Position numbers and translations under genes: made by a program
The notes under the pieces: model-generated
Database searches by the model: none
Told to the model about the DNA's origin: nothing
The model's input: only the letters and a program-made list of their open reading frames with translations
Shown here: positions 50,569 through 61,219 of the stretch, piece by piece
Layout of the letters: every line of letters begins with the position of its first letter
Position numbering within the stretch: the stretch's first letter is position 1
NCBI GenBank assembly: GCA_028826165.1
Contig: JAPDFW010000067.1
Location: forward strand, 186,001 to 250,000
Reading direction: 5' to 3'
Length of the DNA stretch: 64,000 bases
Source of the DNA: Anaeramoeba ignava BMAN
Taxonomy: Eukaryota > Protista > Anaeramoebae

Positions 50569-53500
50569 TTAAAATAAACCAACTTTCTTTTTAGCAATTT
50601 GTTGTTTCCAAGAAGGAACTCTTTTAAATTCTTGTCTTGAAACTTTGAAAACTAACTGAAAGTCATCATCTGACAAATAATTCTCCAAAGATTTGGGATC
50701 CAAACCCGGAGGTTTTTGAGGAGCAGTAAGTTCCTGAATTGTATATGTACGTTTTTGCTTTTGAAGAATAGTTTCAGCGAATGAGAATTTATTAGAAGAA
50801 GAAGGAATTCTTCGACGAATTTTGACTCTTGGATGATAAAACTTAATTGCATCATCCCAACCGACAAAATAAGCAGTGAATTGAGGAGGTTCTTTTCCAG
50901 CAAGTATTTGGAAAACTGGAGATTTTTCATCGGGTTTTTTTTGAGTTCGTTCATCTTTGATTTCTTTCCAATATTTGACAGCTGTTTTTAATGTTTGAAG
51001 TCTTATATCTTGAGATGTCACTAATCCAATCCATGCAAAAACACACCAATAAGCGTCCAGTATCATCCCGCTCATATAATCAAGATTATCTTCTAATACC
51101 TTCACTTGTTCAATTGAGAAAACTCCTTTTCGAATCCCGCAGAAAAACAATTTTGGCTCGAAATTTTTTGGCACTTTTTTTTCTATTAATCTTAATGAAG
51201 GTTGCAATTTAAATTCCTTCTTTAATGCAGCGTGATTTTTATCGGTTCTTTCGTATATATCTTGTAGAAATTCTTCGGTTTCTTCTCCTTGTTTAATTAT
51301 TATTAAACTCTCTGGGTTCTTTATCATTCTGGGAACTATATCTTTTTTTGCTATTTCGAAATCTTTTATCAAAACTAATTTTCCTTTCCACAAATAATTC
51401 TTTGATTTTGTTGAGAAAAGAAAGCATGAAAATGGATGGAATCTTTCCGTTGAAAATTCTACTTCAATTCCTACTGTTTGTTTGATTTCTGTTTTGAATT
51501 TTGGGTCTTCTAGATATGAAATATCAAGTTCTTTTCGAAGTCTGCAATTGATATTACGTCTTGTATTGATTTCATAGAGAATTTTTTCTTTTTCTTTAAC
51601 TTCATCTTTAACTTCATCTTTAACTTCATCTTTAATTTCATTTTTAATTTCATTATCTTTAACTTCATTATCTTTAACTTCATTATCTTTAATTTCATTA
51701 TCTTTAATTTCATTATCTTTAATTTCATCTTTAACTTCATTATCTTTAATTTCATTATCTTTAACTTCATTATCTTTAATTTCATTATCTTTAACTTCAT
51801 TATCTTTAATTTCATTATCTTTAATTTCATTATCTTTAATTTCATCTTTAACTTCATTATCTTTTGTTTCATCTTTAACTTTATCTTTAACTTCATTATC
51901 TTTAATTTCATCTTTAACTTCATTATCTTTAATTTCATTATCTTTAACTTCATTATCTTTAACTTCATTATCTTTAACTTCATTATCTTTAATTTCATCT
52001 TTAACTTCATTATCTTTAACTTCATTATCTTTTGCTTCATTATCTTTAACTTCATTATCTTTAAGTTCATTATCTTTAACTTCATTATCTTTAACTTCAT
52101 CTTTAACTTCATCTTTAACTTCATTATCTTTAACTTCATTATCTTTATTATCTTTTCATCTTTTAGTTTTCATTATCTTTAATTTCATCTTTAACTTCAT
52201 TATCTTTAATTTCATTATCTTTAACTTCATTATCTTTAACTTCATCTTTAACTTCATTATCTTTAACTTCATCTTTAACTTCATTATCTTTAACTTCATC
52301 TTTAACTTCATCTTTAACTTCATCTTTAATTTCATCTTTAATTTCATCTTTAACTTCATCTTTAACTTCATTATCTTTAACTTCATTATCTTTAACTTCA
52401 TTATCTTTTGTTTCATCTTTAATTTCATTATCTTTTACTTCATTATCTTTTGTTTCAGTTTCATCAATAATTCTATTTGGATCTTCACCTTTATGAATTA
52501 TTAAATTATTCCCAAACATTAAATAAAAATGTTGTGATTCTTTTCCTTGTACAACACGAATATGCTTTGCTTCACCCTTCAATTCCTTATTATCAATATC
52601 AGCAGTTAACAAAGCAGAAGTTCCTTTTTCAAGAATAGTAGAATCTCTTCCTTGCCAAAAAAATAACATTTTATATTCCTTCTTCAATTCAGAAACATAT
52701 TTATAATAGATTATATAACTTTCTCCAGAATAAAACTCTCCATAATGATCTTTGCTAATCTCTGTCTTATGATTTTCATCGATTCTCCAAATTATTTTTG
52801 TGCCACTTCCATCATCATGAACAACTTCTTCCTCATAAATACCCATTTTATTCTTTGAGTCCAAAGCTTTGAAAACAGGTTCAAGATCAGGTTCATAATC
52901 AGCATCCTGTTTTTCAACAACAGCAATATTGCGGATCAATTCAGGTTTTGTTACAGAAATGGGGAGTTGATCAGGCCAATTTGAAAATTGTTCTTTAAAA
53001 AGCGAATTTTCTCCCGCTTCAATATTCCTTGTTGCAATCATCCATTCAGGATATTTTTCGCTATTGAGCTGCTTTGCAGTTTTCATGGAACCCTTTCGAT
53101 CTTCGATTGAACAGTGTTTGCCAGTCCAGACAAAAACACCTGAAGGTGAAAGAATAATAAACGAATATTTTGTGTTTAAAAGATTAACAGAAGGCAATTT
53201 TCCTTTTAGAACCGGTTCCAACTTAGAATTTTCATAACGATATACTTCAATGGATTTGATGTATTCCTTCTCGAAATTTTGAGGAGATTGAGCAAGTGGT
53301 TCTTTTACTTGATCAAGTGATCCTGAAATCAGTTTCCAAAATTCACTTGTTGTATCATCAGTCGCAACTGTAATAATAGTGGGTCTTCCGCTGTGCTGTT
53401 TTGTTTTTAAATTCTGCGCATAATATAGTGCCTTTCCTTTGGATACTCTGTTTGATTTTTTTCCATGCCAAAGATAAATTTTGTTGTAATTATTATCAAG

Positions 53501-56500
53501 CACAAAAGATGCTCCATGTTCAACGCTACTAATATCGCATGGCACAAGTTTGACTCGCGGATTTCGCAAGCCCTTTACATAGAATAAGTTTGCTTTGGAC
53601 TTTCCTGATCCTAATTTTTGACTTGTGAGATATTCATCTTCGAATTGTTCTTGTTTTTGAATTTCCGATTGTCGATTTTTCTCTTTGAGCTTGAGTTTTT
53701 GTGTAAGTTCTTGAGTGATTTTGTCTTGTTGAGTTACCGCTTCTTGTTTTTTTTCTTTCTTTGCTTCTTCTTTAAGATCCACAATCTCGATTTGATTTGT
53801 GGGAATTTTGCTTTGTCTTCTCACTCCTTTTCTTCTTGCGACACTTTTTTTAATGTGCGTTAATTTTCTTTTTTCAACTGGTTTTTCTTTTTGTTTTTCT
53901 CTTTCTTTTCGATGTTCCAATACTTCTTTTTCGAATTGTTTTTGAAATAATAATGCTCTTTCTTTTAGTGTTCCTCTTGGTTTTTTAGTTGTTTCTTGTG
54001 TTTCTTGTGTTTCTTGTTTTGTTTCTTGTGTTTCTTGTGTTTCTTGTTTTGTTTCCTTAGTTTGATCTGCTTTATCTTCTTTAATATCTTTTGAATGATG
54101 ATATCTGCTTTTAGAATGTGTACTGTCCTTTGAATGATGATTTCTATCTTTAGAATGTGTATTTTCAGTGGAATGGTGATGTCTATCTTTAGAATGTGGA
54201 CTTTCTTTTGAATGATGATGTCTATGTGTTGAATGTGGACTTTCTTTGGAATGCTCATGATTGTGTGTTGAATGTTTTCTATCTCTTGAATGATGATCCT
54301 TTAATTCTTTTTTTTCTTCTTCTTTTTTATCTTCTTCTTTTATTTCTTTTTTATCTTCTTCTTCTATTATTTTATCTTCTTCTTCTTCTTTTATTTCTTT
54401 TTTATCTTTTTCTATTATTTCTTTTTTATCTTCTTCTTTTTTATCTTTTTCTATTGTTTCTTTTTTATCTTCTTCTATTATTTCTTTTTTATCTTCTTCT
54501 TTTATTTCTTTTTTATCTTTTTCTTTTATTTCTTTTTTATCTTCTTCTATTATTTCTTTTTTATCTTTTTCTTCTATTTCTTGAAATGGGTTAGATGGTT
54601 GTTTGTTTTTTCTTTTATTTCCTCTTTTTGATTTATGTTGTCTTTTTGATCTTCTTTTTGATTTTGTTCTTTTTAATTTTTGACTTCTTTTAGATTTTGA
54701 TCTTGATAATTTATTGAATCTGTTTTTGGACATTTTTCTTAATAATGGTTTTGGTTTTGTTTTTGATATTACTCTTGTTAAAGGCTTCATTTCAATTTCA
54801 ATCTCTTCTATCTCTTCTTTTACTTCATCTTTTGTTTCGTCTTCTACTTCAGTATCTGTTTCCATTTCACTATCTTCATCTTTTGTTTCATCTTTAATTT
54901 CATTTTTTATTTCATCTTTTGTTTCATTTTTTGTTTCATCTTTTGTTTCATCTTTTATTTCATCTTTTATTTCATCTTTTATTTCATCTTTTATTTCATC
55001 TTTTATTTCATCTTTTATTTCATCTTTTGTTTCATCTTTTGTTTCATCTTTTATTTCATCTTTTGTTTCATCTTTTATTTCATCTTTTGTTTCATCTTTT
55101 GTTTCATCTTTTATTTCATCTTTTATTTCATCTTTTATTTCATTTTTATTTCATCTTTTATTTCATCTTTTATTTCATCTTTTGTTTCATCTTTTGTTTC
55201 ATCTTTTATTTCATCTTTTATTTCATCTTTTGTTTCATCTTTTATTTCATCTTTTGTTTCATCTTTTTGTTTCAAATCTTTTTCATTTTCTTTTTGTTTC
55301 ATCTTTTGTTTCATCTTTTTTTCATCTTTTTATCTTTTATTTTTTCTTTTTTTCATCTTTTTATTTCATCTTTTATTTTTCATTTTTTTTTTTCATCTTT
55401 TGTTTCATCTTTTTATTTCATCTTTTGTTTTCATCTTTTTGTTTTTCATCTTTTATTTCATCTTTTTGTTTCATCTTTTGTTTTCATCTTTTATTTCATC
55501 TTTTGTTTCATTTTTTGTTTCATCTTTTATTTCATCTTTTGTTTCATTTTTTATTTCATCTTTTGTTTCATCTTTTGTTTCATCTTTTGTTTCATCTTTT
55601 GTTTCATCTTTTGTTTCATCTTTTGTTTCATCTTTTATTTCATCTTTTATTTCATCTTTTGTTTCATCTTTTATTTCATCTTTTATTTCATCTTTTTATT
55701 TCATCTTTTTTTTATTTCATCTTTTGTTTCATCTTTTATTTATCTTTTTTTTCTTTTTGTTTCATTTTTTTATTTCATCTTTTCTTTTGTTTCATTTTTG
55801 TTTCATCTTTGTTTCATTGTTTTTTTCATCTTTTTGTTTCATCTTTTGTTTTCATCTTTTTGTTTCATCTTTTGTTTCATCTTTTGATTTCATCTTTTTA
55901 TTTCATCTTTTATTTCATCTTTTGTTTCATCTTTTGTTTCATCTTTTTGTTTCATCTTTTTTGTTTCATCTTTTATTTCATTTTTATTTCATTTTTATTT
56001 CATCTTTTTATTTCATTTTTTTTCATCTTTTTGTTTCATCTTTTTATTTTCATCATTTTTATTTCATCTTTTATTTCATCTTTTGTTTTATTTTTTCATC
56101 TTTTGTTTCATCTTTTATTTCATCTTTTATTTCATATTTTTTATTTCATCTTTTATTTCATCTTTTATTTCATCTTTTGTTTCATCTTTTATTTTCATCT
56201 TTTTGTTTTTTTCATCTTTTATTTTCGTCTTTTATTTCATTTTTATTTCATCTTTTTATTTCATTTTTGTTTCATCTTTATTTCATTTTTGATTTTTATT
56301 TCATCTTTTATTTCATCTTTTATTTCATCTTTTATTTCATCTTTTTTTATTTTATTTCATTTTTATTTCATTATTTGTTTTTTCTGGTTTTTATTTCATT
56401 TTTGTTTCATCTTTTATTTCATCTTTTGTTTCATCTTTTGTTTCATCTTTTATTTCATTTTTGTTTCATCTTTTATTTCATTTTTTGTTTCATTTTTTGT

Positions 56501-56991
56501 TTCATTTTTTGTTTCATCTTTTATTTCATTTTTTGTTTCATTTTTTGTTTCATTTTTTGTTTCATATTCTTGATTTTTTTTGGATTCATCTTCAATTTCA
56601 TATTCTTGTATTAATTGTTTATTACTCTTTCTTTTATTTCCTCTTTTTGATTTATGTTGTCTTTTTGATCTTCTTTTTGATTTTGTTCTTTTTAATTTTT
56701 GACTTCTTTTAGATTTTGATCTTGATAAAGGATGTGGTTTAGTTTTTGATTTTGCTCTTGTTAAAGGATTTAAATCTTTTTTTGGAGTTTCTTGTTGTTT
56801 TGAATTTAAAAAATTTTTTAATAAGAATTTTTTAATAAGAATTTTTTAATTGAAATTTAATTTTAAATCCTTGTCATCTAATAAAAGAAAATAATAAGAG
56901 AAATTTACTTTCATTTTTCATTTTCATTTTCATTTTTTTTATCAATAAGTTTTTCTTGTTGATTCGTTAATTCAACGTTTTTTGTTTCCAT
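50569..56991 (-). CDS. Very large supervillin/villin-like actin-binding protein (charged repeats, five gelsolin repeats G2-G6, villin headpiece); apparent frameshifts inside repeat tracts; 5' end uncertain
   Basis: Gelsolin repeats: LFYVKG..SFVLD..IYLWHGKKSN; VFVWTGKHCS; DDGSG..IWRI..GEFYSGESYII..FWQGRDS; NYLWKG; MILDAYWCVFAWIG..GKEPPQFTAYF. Headpiece: PPGLDPKSLENYLSDDDFQLVF..WKQQIAKKKVGLF. ORF 50569..51393 extends open upstream to ~52140. Frame breaks at ~52145-52165 and 55140-56460. Candidate ATG at 56991 (METKNVELTNQQEK). Confidence 0.8.
51595..52455 (-). repeat. Coding 15/12-bp repeats (DNEVK/DNEIK/DEVK)n between gelsolin repeats G4 and G5
   Basis: TTCATTATCTTTAAC/TTCATCTTTAAC units on the + strand. 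Confidence 0.9.
54875..56565 (-). repeat. 12-bp repeat (GATGAAACAAAA/GATGAAATAAAA) encoding (DETK/DEIK)n, degraded by indels in the centre
   Basis: TTTTGTTTCATC/TTTTATTTCATC units on the + strand. The ends are clean and the middle is noisy. Confidence 0.85.
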
Positions 56992-57170
56992 TTTGTGAAT
57001 TTAAATATAAATTTAAATTTAAATATAGATTTAAATGTAAATATAGATAGAAATGTCAATATATCCCTTTTTTTTATTATTATTATTAAAGAAATAACTT
57101 GAATTTAAAAGAAAAGTTGTTAAAAAAAAGAAAATTAAAAAAAAATAAGAAAAAAAAAATGAGAAAAAAA

Positions 57171-57210
57171 AAATTAAAAAAAAAATTTTTTTCATTTTTT
57201 CATTTTTTAA
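57171..57210 (+). promoter_or_regulatory. Putative core promoter: An-Tn tract followed by repeated TCATTTT (Inr-like); one example of a motif that precedes most genes here
   Basis: AAAAAAAAAATTTTTTTCATTTTTTCATTTTTT lies ~50-85 bp upstream of the ATG. Similar arrangements occur at ~13830-13880, 26960-27000, 37350-37390, 49070-49130, 58505-58570 and 63610-63630. Confidence 0.45.
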
Positions 57211-57260
57211 TTTTTTAAATTGTTATTATTATTATTAATTTGTTGTTAAATTTATTTTCA

Positions 57261-58424
57261 ATGGATGTTTATAAAATTCTTTTTATTGGTTCAGATTCAT
57301 CACAAAAAACACGATTTCTAACAGTTTATCAAACAGGAAATATTAACCCAGAATACATTCCACCATTTTTCGAAAATTTTATACAAACATTAGAATTTAA
57401 CGGCAAAAAACAAGTTTTTTCTTATTGGGATTCTAACGGACAAGAAGACGAAGACGAGAGCAAAATTCGCCTTCTTTCTTATCCTGGAACAAACCTTTTT
57501 GCTTTTTGTTATTTTATTGGTGATCCTTCTTCATTTAAATTAATTGAAACCTCTTTTTATCCTGAAGCTCATAAAGCAAATCCTTCTGCTTTTTCTATTC
57601 TTATTGGACTTGGCAAAGAAGAAAGATCCAAAAATCACTATAAAAAATTGGTTTCTCCTAAAGAAGCTCTTGAAGCGGTTGTCAGAATGAATTTTGCCCG
57701 CTATTTTGAATGTGACTTGAAAGATTATAAGTCAATCAAAAATGTTATTCTCGATCTGTCAAATTTTATTTGTTCTCAACAAAAAGTCAATCCAAGTCGT
57801 GATCTTGAAAAAAAACATGAAATCAAAATTGACATAAAAACAAACGAAAAGAAAAAAAACCAAAAAACAAAATCAAAATCAAAATCAAAATCAAAAACAA
57901 AAACAAAAACAAAAACAACTGACAACAAAAAAAATCTTTCTTATAAAATTGTTTTTGTTGGTGACGTTGAATCTCAAAAAACAAAAATTTTGTATTCGAT
58001 CAAAACATGGAAAAAAACTAATGATTACATTCCATCCTCAGTTGGTAATTTTAACAAAGAATTGAATATTGAAGGTGATAAAGTCATTTGTCTTTTTTGG
58101 GATACAAGTGGACAAGAAAATTTGGAAAATTTGCGAATTCTTTCTTATTCACAATCAGATTTAATTGTGTTTTGTTATTCTCGAAAAAATTTGGAAACTC
58201 TCAAAAATATTCAAAACAAATGGTTTCCTGAATCACAAAAATTTTGTCCAAAAGCAAAATCAATTATTTTTGGAATTGAAGGCAAAAAAAAAACGGAAAA
58301 TTTTCCAAATCAAAAAGTTGAAGAAGTTTCAAAATCAATTTCTGCAATTAATTCTTTTGTGATCAATAAATTTGATTTTGAAAATGCATTTAAAGCTATT
58401 GAAAAAACAATAAAATTAATTTAA
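57261..58424 (+). CDS. Protein with two tandem Rho/Rac-like domains, both with degenerate nucleotide-binding motifs; no CAAX
   Basis: Domain 1: YKILFIGSDSSQKT..EYIPPFFENF..WDSNGQED..IRLLSYPGTNLF..YFEC. K/S/T-rich linker. Domain 2: YKIVFVGDVESQKT..DYIPSSVGNF..WDTSGQE..LRILSYSQSDL..NIQNKWFPE. ATG at 57261. Confidence 0.85.
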   Translation: MDVYKILFIGSDSSQKTRFLTVYQTGNINPEYIPPFFENFIQTLEFNGKKQVFSYWDSNGQEDEDESKIRLLSYPGTNLFAFCYFIGDPSSFKLIETSFYPEAHKANPSAFSILIGLGKEERSKNHYKKLVSPKEALEAVVRMNFARYFECDLKDYKSIKNVILDLSNFICSQQKVNPSRDLEKKHEIKIDIKTNEKKKNQKTKSKSKSKSKTKTKTKTTDNKKNLSYKIVFVGDVESQKTKILYSIKTWKKTNDYIPSSVGNFNKELNIEGDKVICLFWDTSGQENLENLRILSYSQSDLIVFCYSRKNLETLKNIQNKWFPESQKFCPKAKSIIFGIEGKKKTENFPNQKVEEVSKSISAINSFVINKFDFENAFKAIEKTIKLI

Positions 58425-58573
58425 ATAAAAAAATAAAGAAAAAAAGATCAAAATCATTTTTAAAAGATATGAGTCATTTTTATTAATTTTTTTTTTATTT
58501 AAAAGAAAAAAAATTTTTTTTTTAATTTTTTTTTTTTCATTTTTTTTTTACCTTTCCATTTTATCATTTTATA

Positions 58574-60163
58574 ATGTCAGGATTTTGGGGACTTGAAGCA
58601 AAACCAAACAAATTATATAAAACAGTTCCAGAACAAGATTCAAGATTAACAATGGCAACAATAGGACTTGAAGCTCAAGAAGGACAATCATCATCACTTT
58701 ATGTAATTATTGAAGAAGAAGAACATCTTTTATGCACATTGACACGCGGAAAACAAGATAATGTTAATTTAGATCTTTTATTTGCTTCAGGTAAAAACAA
58801 AAACAAAAAAAACAAAAAAAACAAAAACAAAAACAATAACAAAAACAAAAACAAAAACAAGACAAGATCAAATGAATTTTGAATTTAGAAATTAGAAATT
58901 AGAAATTAGAAATTAGAAATTAGAAATTAGAAATTAGAAATTAGAAATTAGAAATTAGAAATTAGAAATAGATAAATATTTATATTTATTTATATTTATA
59001 TTTATATTTATATTTATATTTATATTTATATTTATATTTATATTTATATTTATATTTATATTTATAATTATATTTATATTGATATTTATATTTATATTTA
59101 TATTTATATTTATATTTATATTTATATTTATATTTTTATTTATATTTATGTTTATTTTATATTTATATTTATATTTATATTTTATATTTATATTTATATT
59201 CATTTTATATTTATATTTATTTTTATATTTATATTTATTTTAAGGTTTTTTATTAATATTTATTTATTTATTTATATTTTATATTCATTTTTATATTTAT
59301 TTTATATTTATATTATTTATATTTTATATTTATATTTATATTTATATTTATATTTATATTTATATTTATATTTATATTTATTTTTATTTTTATATTTATA
59401 TTTATATATATATATTTATAATTATTTATAAATTTATATTTATATTTATATATTTATATTTATATTTATTATATTAATATTAATATTTATATTTATATTT
59501 ATATTTATATTTATATTTAAATTTATATTTATATTTATATATTTATATTTATATTTATTTAAATATTTATATTTATTTTATATTTATATTTATATTTATA
59601 TTTATTTTAAATATTTTTATTTTATTAAATAAAAAGGTGAAGCACTTGCTTTTAAAGTAACAGGTGATATTCCTATTCATTTATCTGGTTATTACGAACC
59701 ATCTTTTACAGATGAATTTGGAGACTTTGAAGATGATGAAGATGATGAAGATTTAGATGAATTATTAGAAAAAGAAGAAAAAGAAGAAGCAGCAAAAGAA
59801 CAAGCAAAAGAAGCACCAGTTCTTATTGAAGATGAAGATGATGAAGATGAAGATGAAGATGAAGATGAAGATGACGAAGATGAAGATGTAGTTGATTTTG
59901 TTCCTCCTCCTAAAGTCGAGCAACCAAAACAACCTCAACAACAATCACCAAATCAACAACAGAATAAAAACAGAAAAAAGAGAAAACAACCCCAAAGTCA
60001 ATCACCTCCAAAAGGAAATCAAAAACAATCCCCTCCAAAAGGACCCCAAAATCAATCTCCAAAAGGACCTCAAAAACCTCAACAAAGAAATCAAAAACAA
60101 TTCCAAAAACCTCAACAAAATCAAGGTCCAAAAAGAATGAAAAAAAGAGGTGGTAAAAAATGA
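58574..60163 (+). CDS. Nucleoplasmin-like (NPL, FKBP39/HD2-type) histone chaperone without an FKBP domain; 2 exons
   Basis: [30 protein letters not shown]|[20 protein letters not shown], then acidic tracts and a Q/P/K-rich tail. Exons 58574-58790 and 59637-60163 join in phase 1. Confidence 0.85.
58793..59625 (+). repeat. Compound intronic microsatellites (AAAAAC)n, (AGAAATT)n, (TATATT)n
   Basis: Three successive repeat blocks within intron 58791-59636. Confidence 0.85.
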
Positions 60164-60514
60164 ATTAATCCAAAAATCTTTCAAAAATATTAAAAAAAAA
60201 AACTTTTTTTTTTGACTTTTTCTTTACTTTTCTTTTTCAAATCTTTTTTTGAATTTGATTTGATTTGATTTCTCAAAATTTTTTTTTACCTAAATTCATT
60301 CCAATAAAAGCCAATTTAGATTCATTTTTTTTTTAAAACAAAAATTAATTTTATTTTATTATTTTTTATTTTTTATTTTTTATTTTTTGAAAGAAAGAAA
60401 GAGAGAAAGAAAGAAAACAATTATAATTCAAATGAAATTCAATGAAATTAAAAGAAATTAAAAGAAATTAAAAGAAATTAAAAGAAATTGAAAGGAATTT
60501 AAAGAATTTTTTGC

Positions 60515-60877
60515 TCATTTCTTTTTTGGTTTTTGATTATCAAAAAAAGCAAAAGTTGCTTTTAAAGCTTGATTTTGTTTTGGGTTTTTTGATTTTGGTT
60601 TTTGTTGTTTTGATTTTGGTTTCGTTTGTTTTGGTTTTTCTTTTTCTTTTTCTTTTTCTTTTTCTTGTTCTTGTTCTTGTTCTTTTTCTTGTTCTTTTTC
60701 TTGTCCTTTTTCTTGTTCTTTTTTAGCAAGTGATTCTTGTTGTTTTTTTCTCATTATTTCTGCTTGTTTTTCTCTTTGATTTGATAAGGAAACTCCATTA
60801 TCGTTTGTTTTTTTTTTCTTTGAATTACGTTTAAGATTTCTTTGCCTATCAATATTACGTTGATTTCCTCTTGTCAT
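60515..60877 (-). CDS. SERF: SERF/4F5 family small protein with an extended charged tail
   Basis: MTRGNQRNIDRQRNLKR...QREKQAEIMRKKQ is the SERF signature. Confidence 0.85.
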   Translation of the reverse strand: MTRGNQRNIDRQRNLKRNSKKKKTNDNGVSLSNQREKQAEIMRKKQQESLAKKEQEKGQEKEQEKEQEQEQEKEKEKEKEKPKQTKPKSKQQKPKSKNPKQNQALKATFAFFDNQKPKKK

Positions 60878-61219
60878 TTAAAAAAGTAAAAGTAAAATAC
60901 AGAACAAAAAAAAAATAATAAAGTAAGAAAAATGAAAAGAAAAAAATGAAAAAAATGAAAAAATTTATTTTTGTTTTTGTTTTAATTTTAATTTTTATTT
61001 TTGTTTTAATTGTTGTTTTAATTTTTGTTTTAATTTTTGTTGTTGTTTTTGTTTTTGTTGTTGTTTTTGTTTTAATTTTTGTTTTTGTTGTTGTTTTTTG
61101 GAATGACTCATCTTGTTTTTTAATTTCATTTTTTTTTTCATTTTTTTCCTTTTCATTTTTTTCTTTTTCTTTTTATTTCATTTTTTTTGGATTATTTTTT
61201 TTGATTGTTTAAAAAAAAA

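Noticed and set aside
52140-52170. Programmed frameshift or pseudogenisation of the supervillin-like gene
   Set aside because: Breaks fall only in homopolymer-rich repeat tracts (also 55140-56460, with similar noise at 44115-44750) while all folded domains are intact. Consensus error is more likely; check against raw reads.
54714-56712. Plus-strand hydrophobic ORFs (FISS/FHLL repeats) as membrane proteins
   Set aside because: They are antisense translations of the DETK/DEIK repeat of the minus-strand supervillin-like gene.
49136-58424. A functional gene cluster linking the lyase, supervillin-like and pseudo-Rho genes (or the NRPS with its neighbours)
   Set aside because: Adjacent genes are unrelated housekeeping functions, and no tailoring enzymes, PPTase or kinase substrate lie nearby. 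Proximity in a compact eukaryotic genome is not evidence of a shared pathway.
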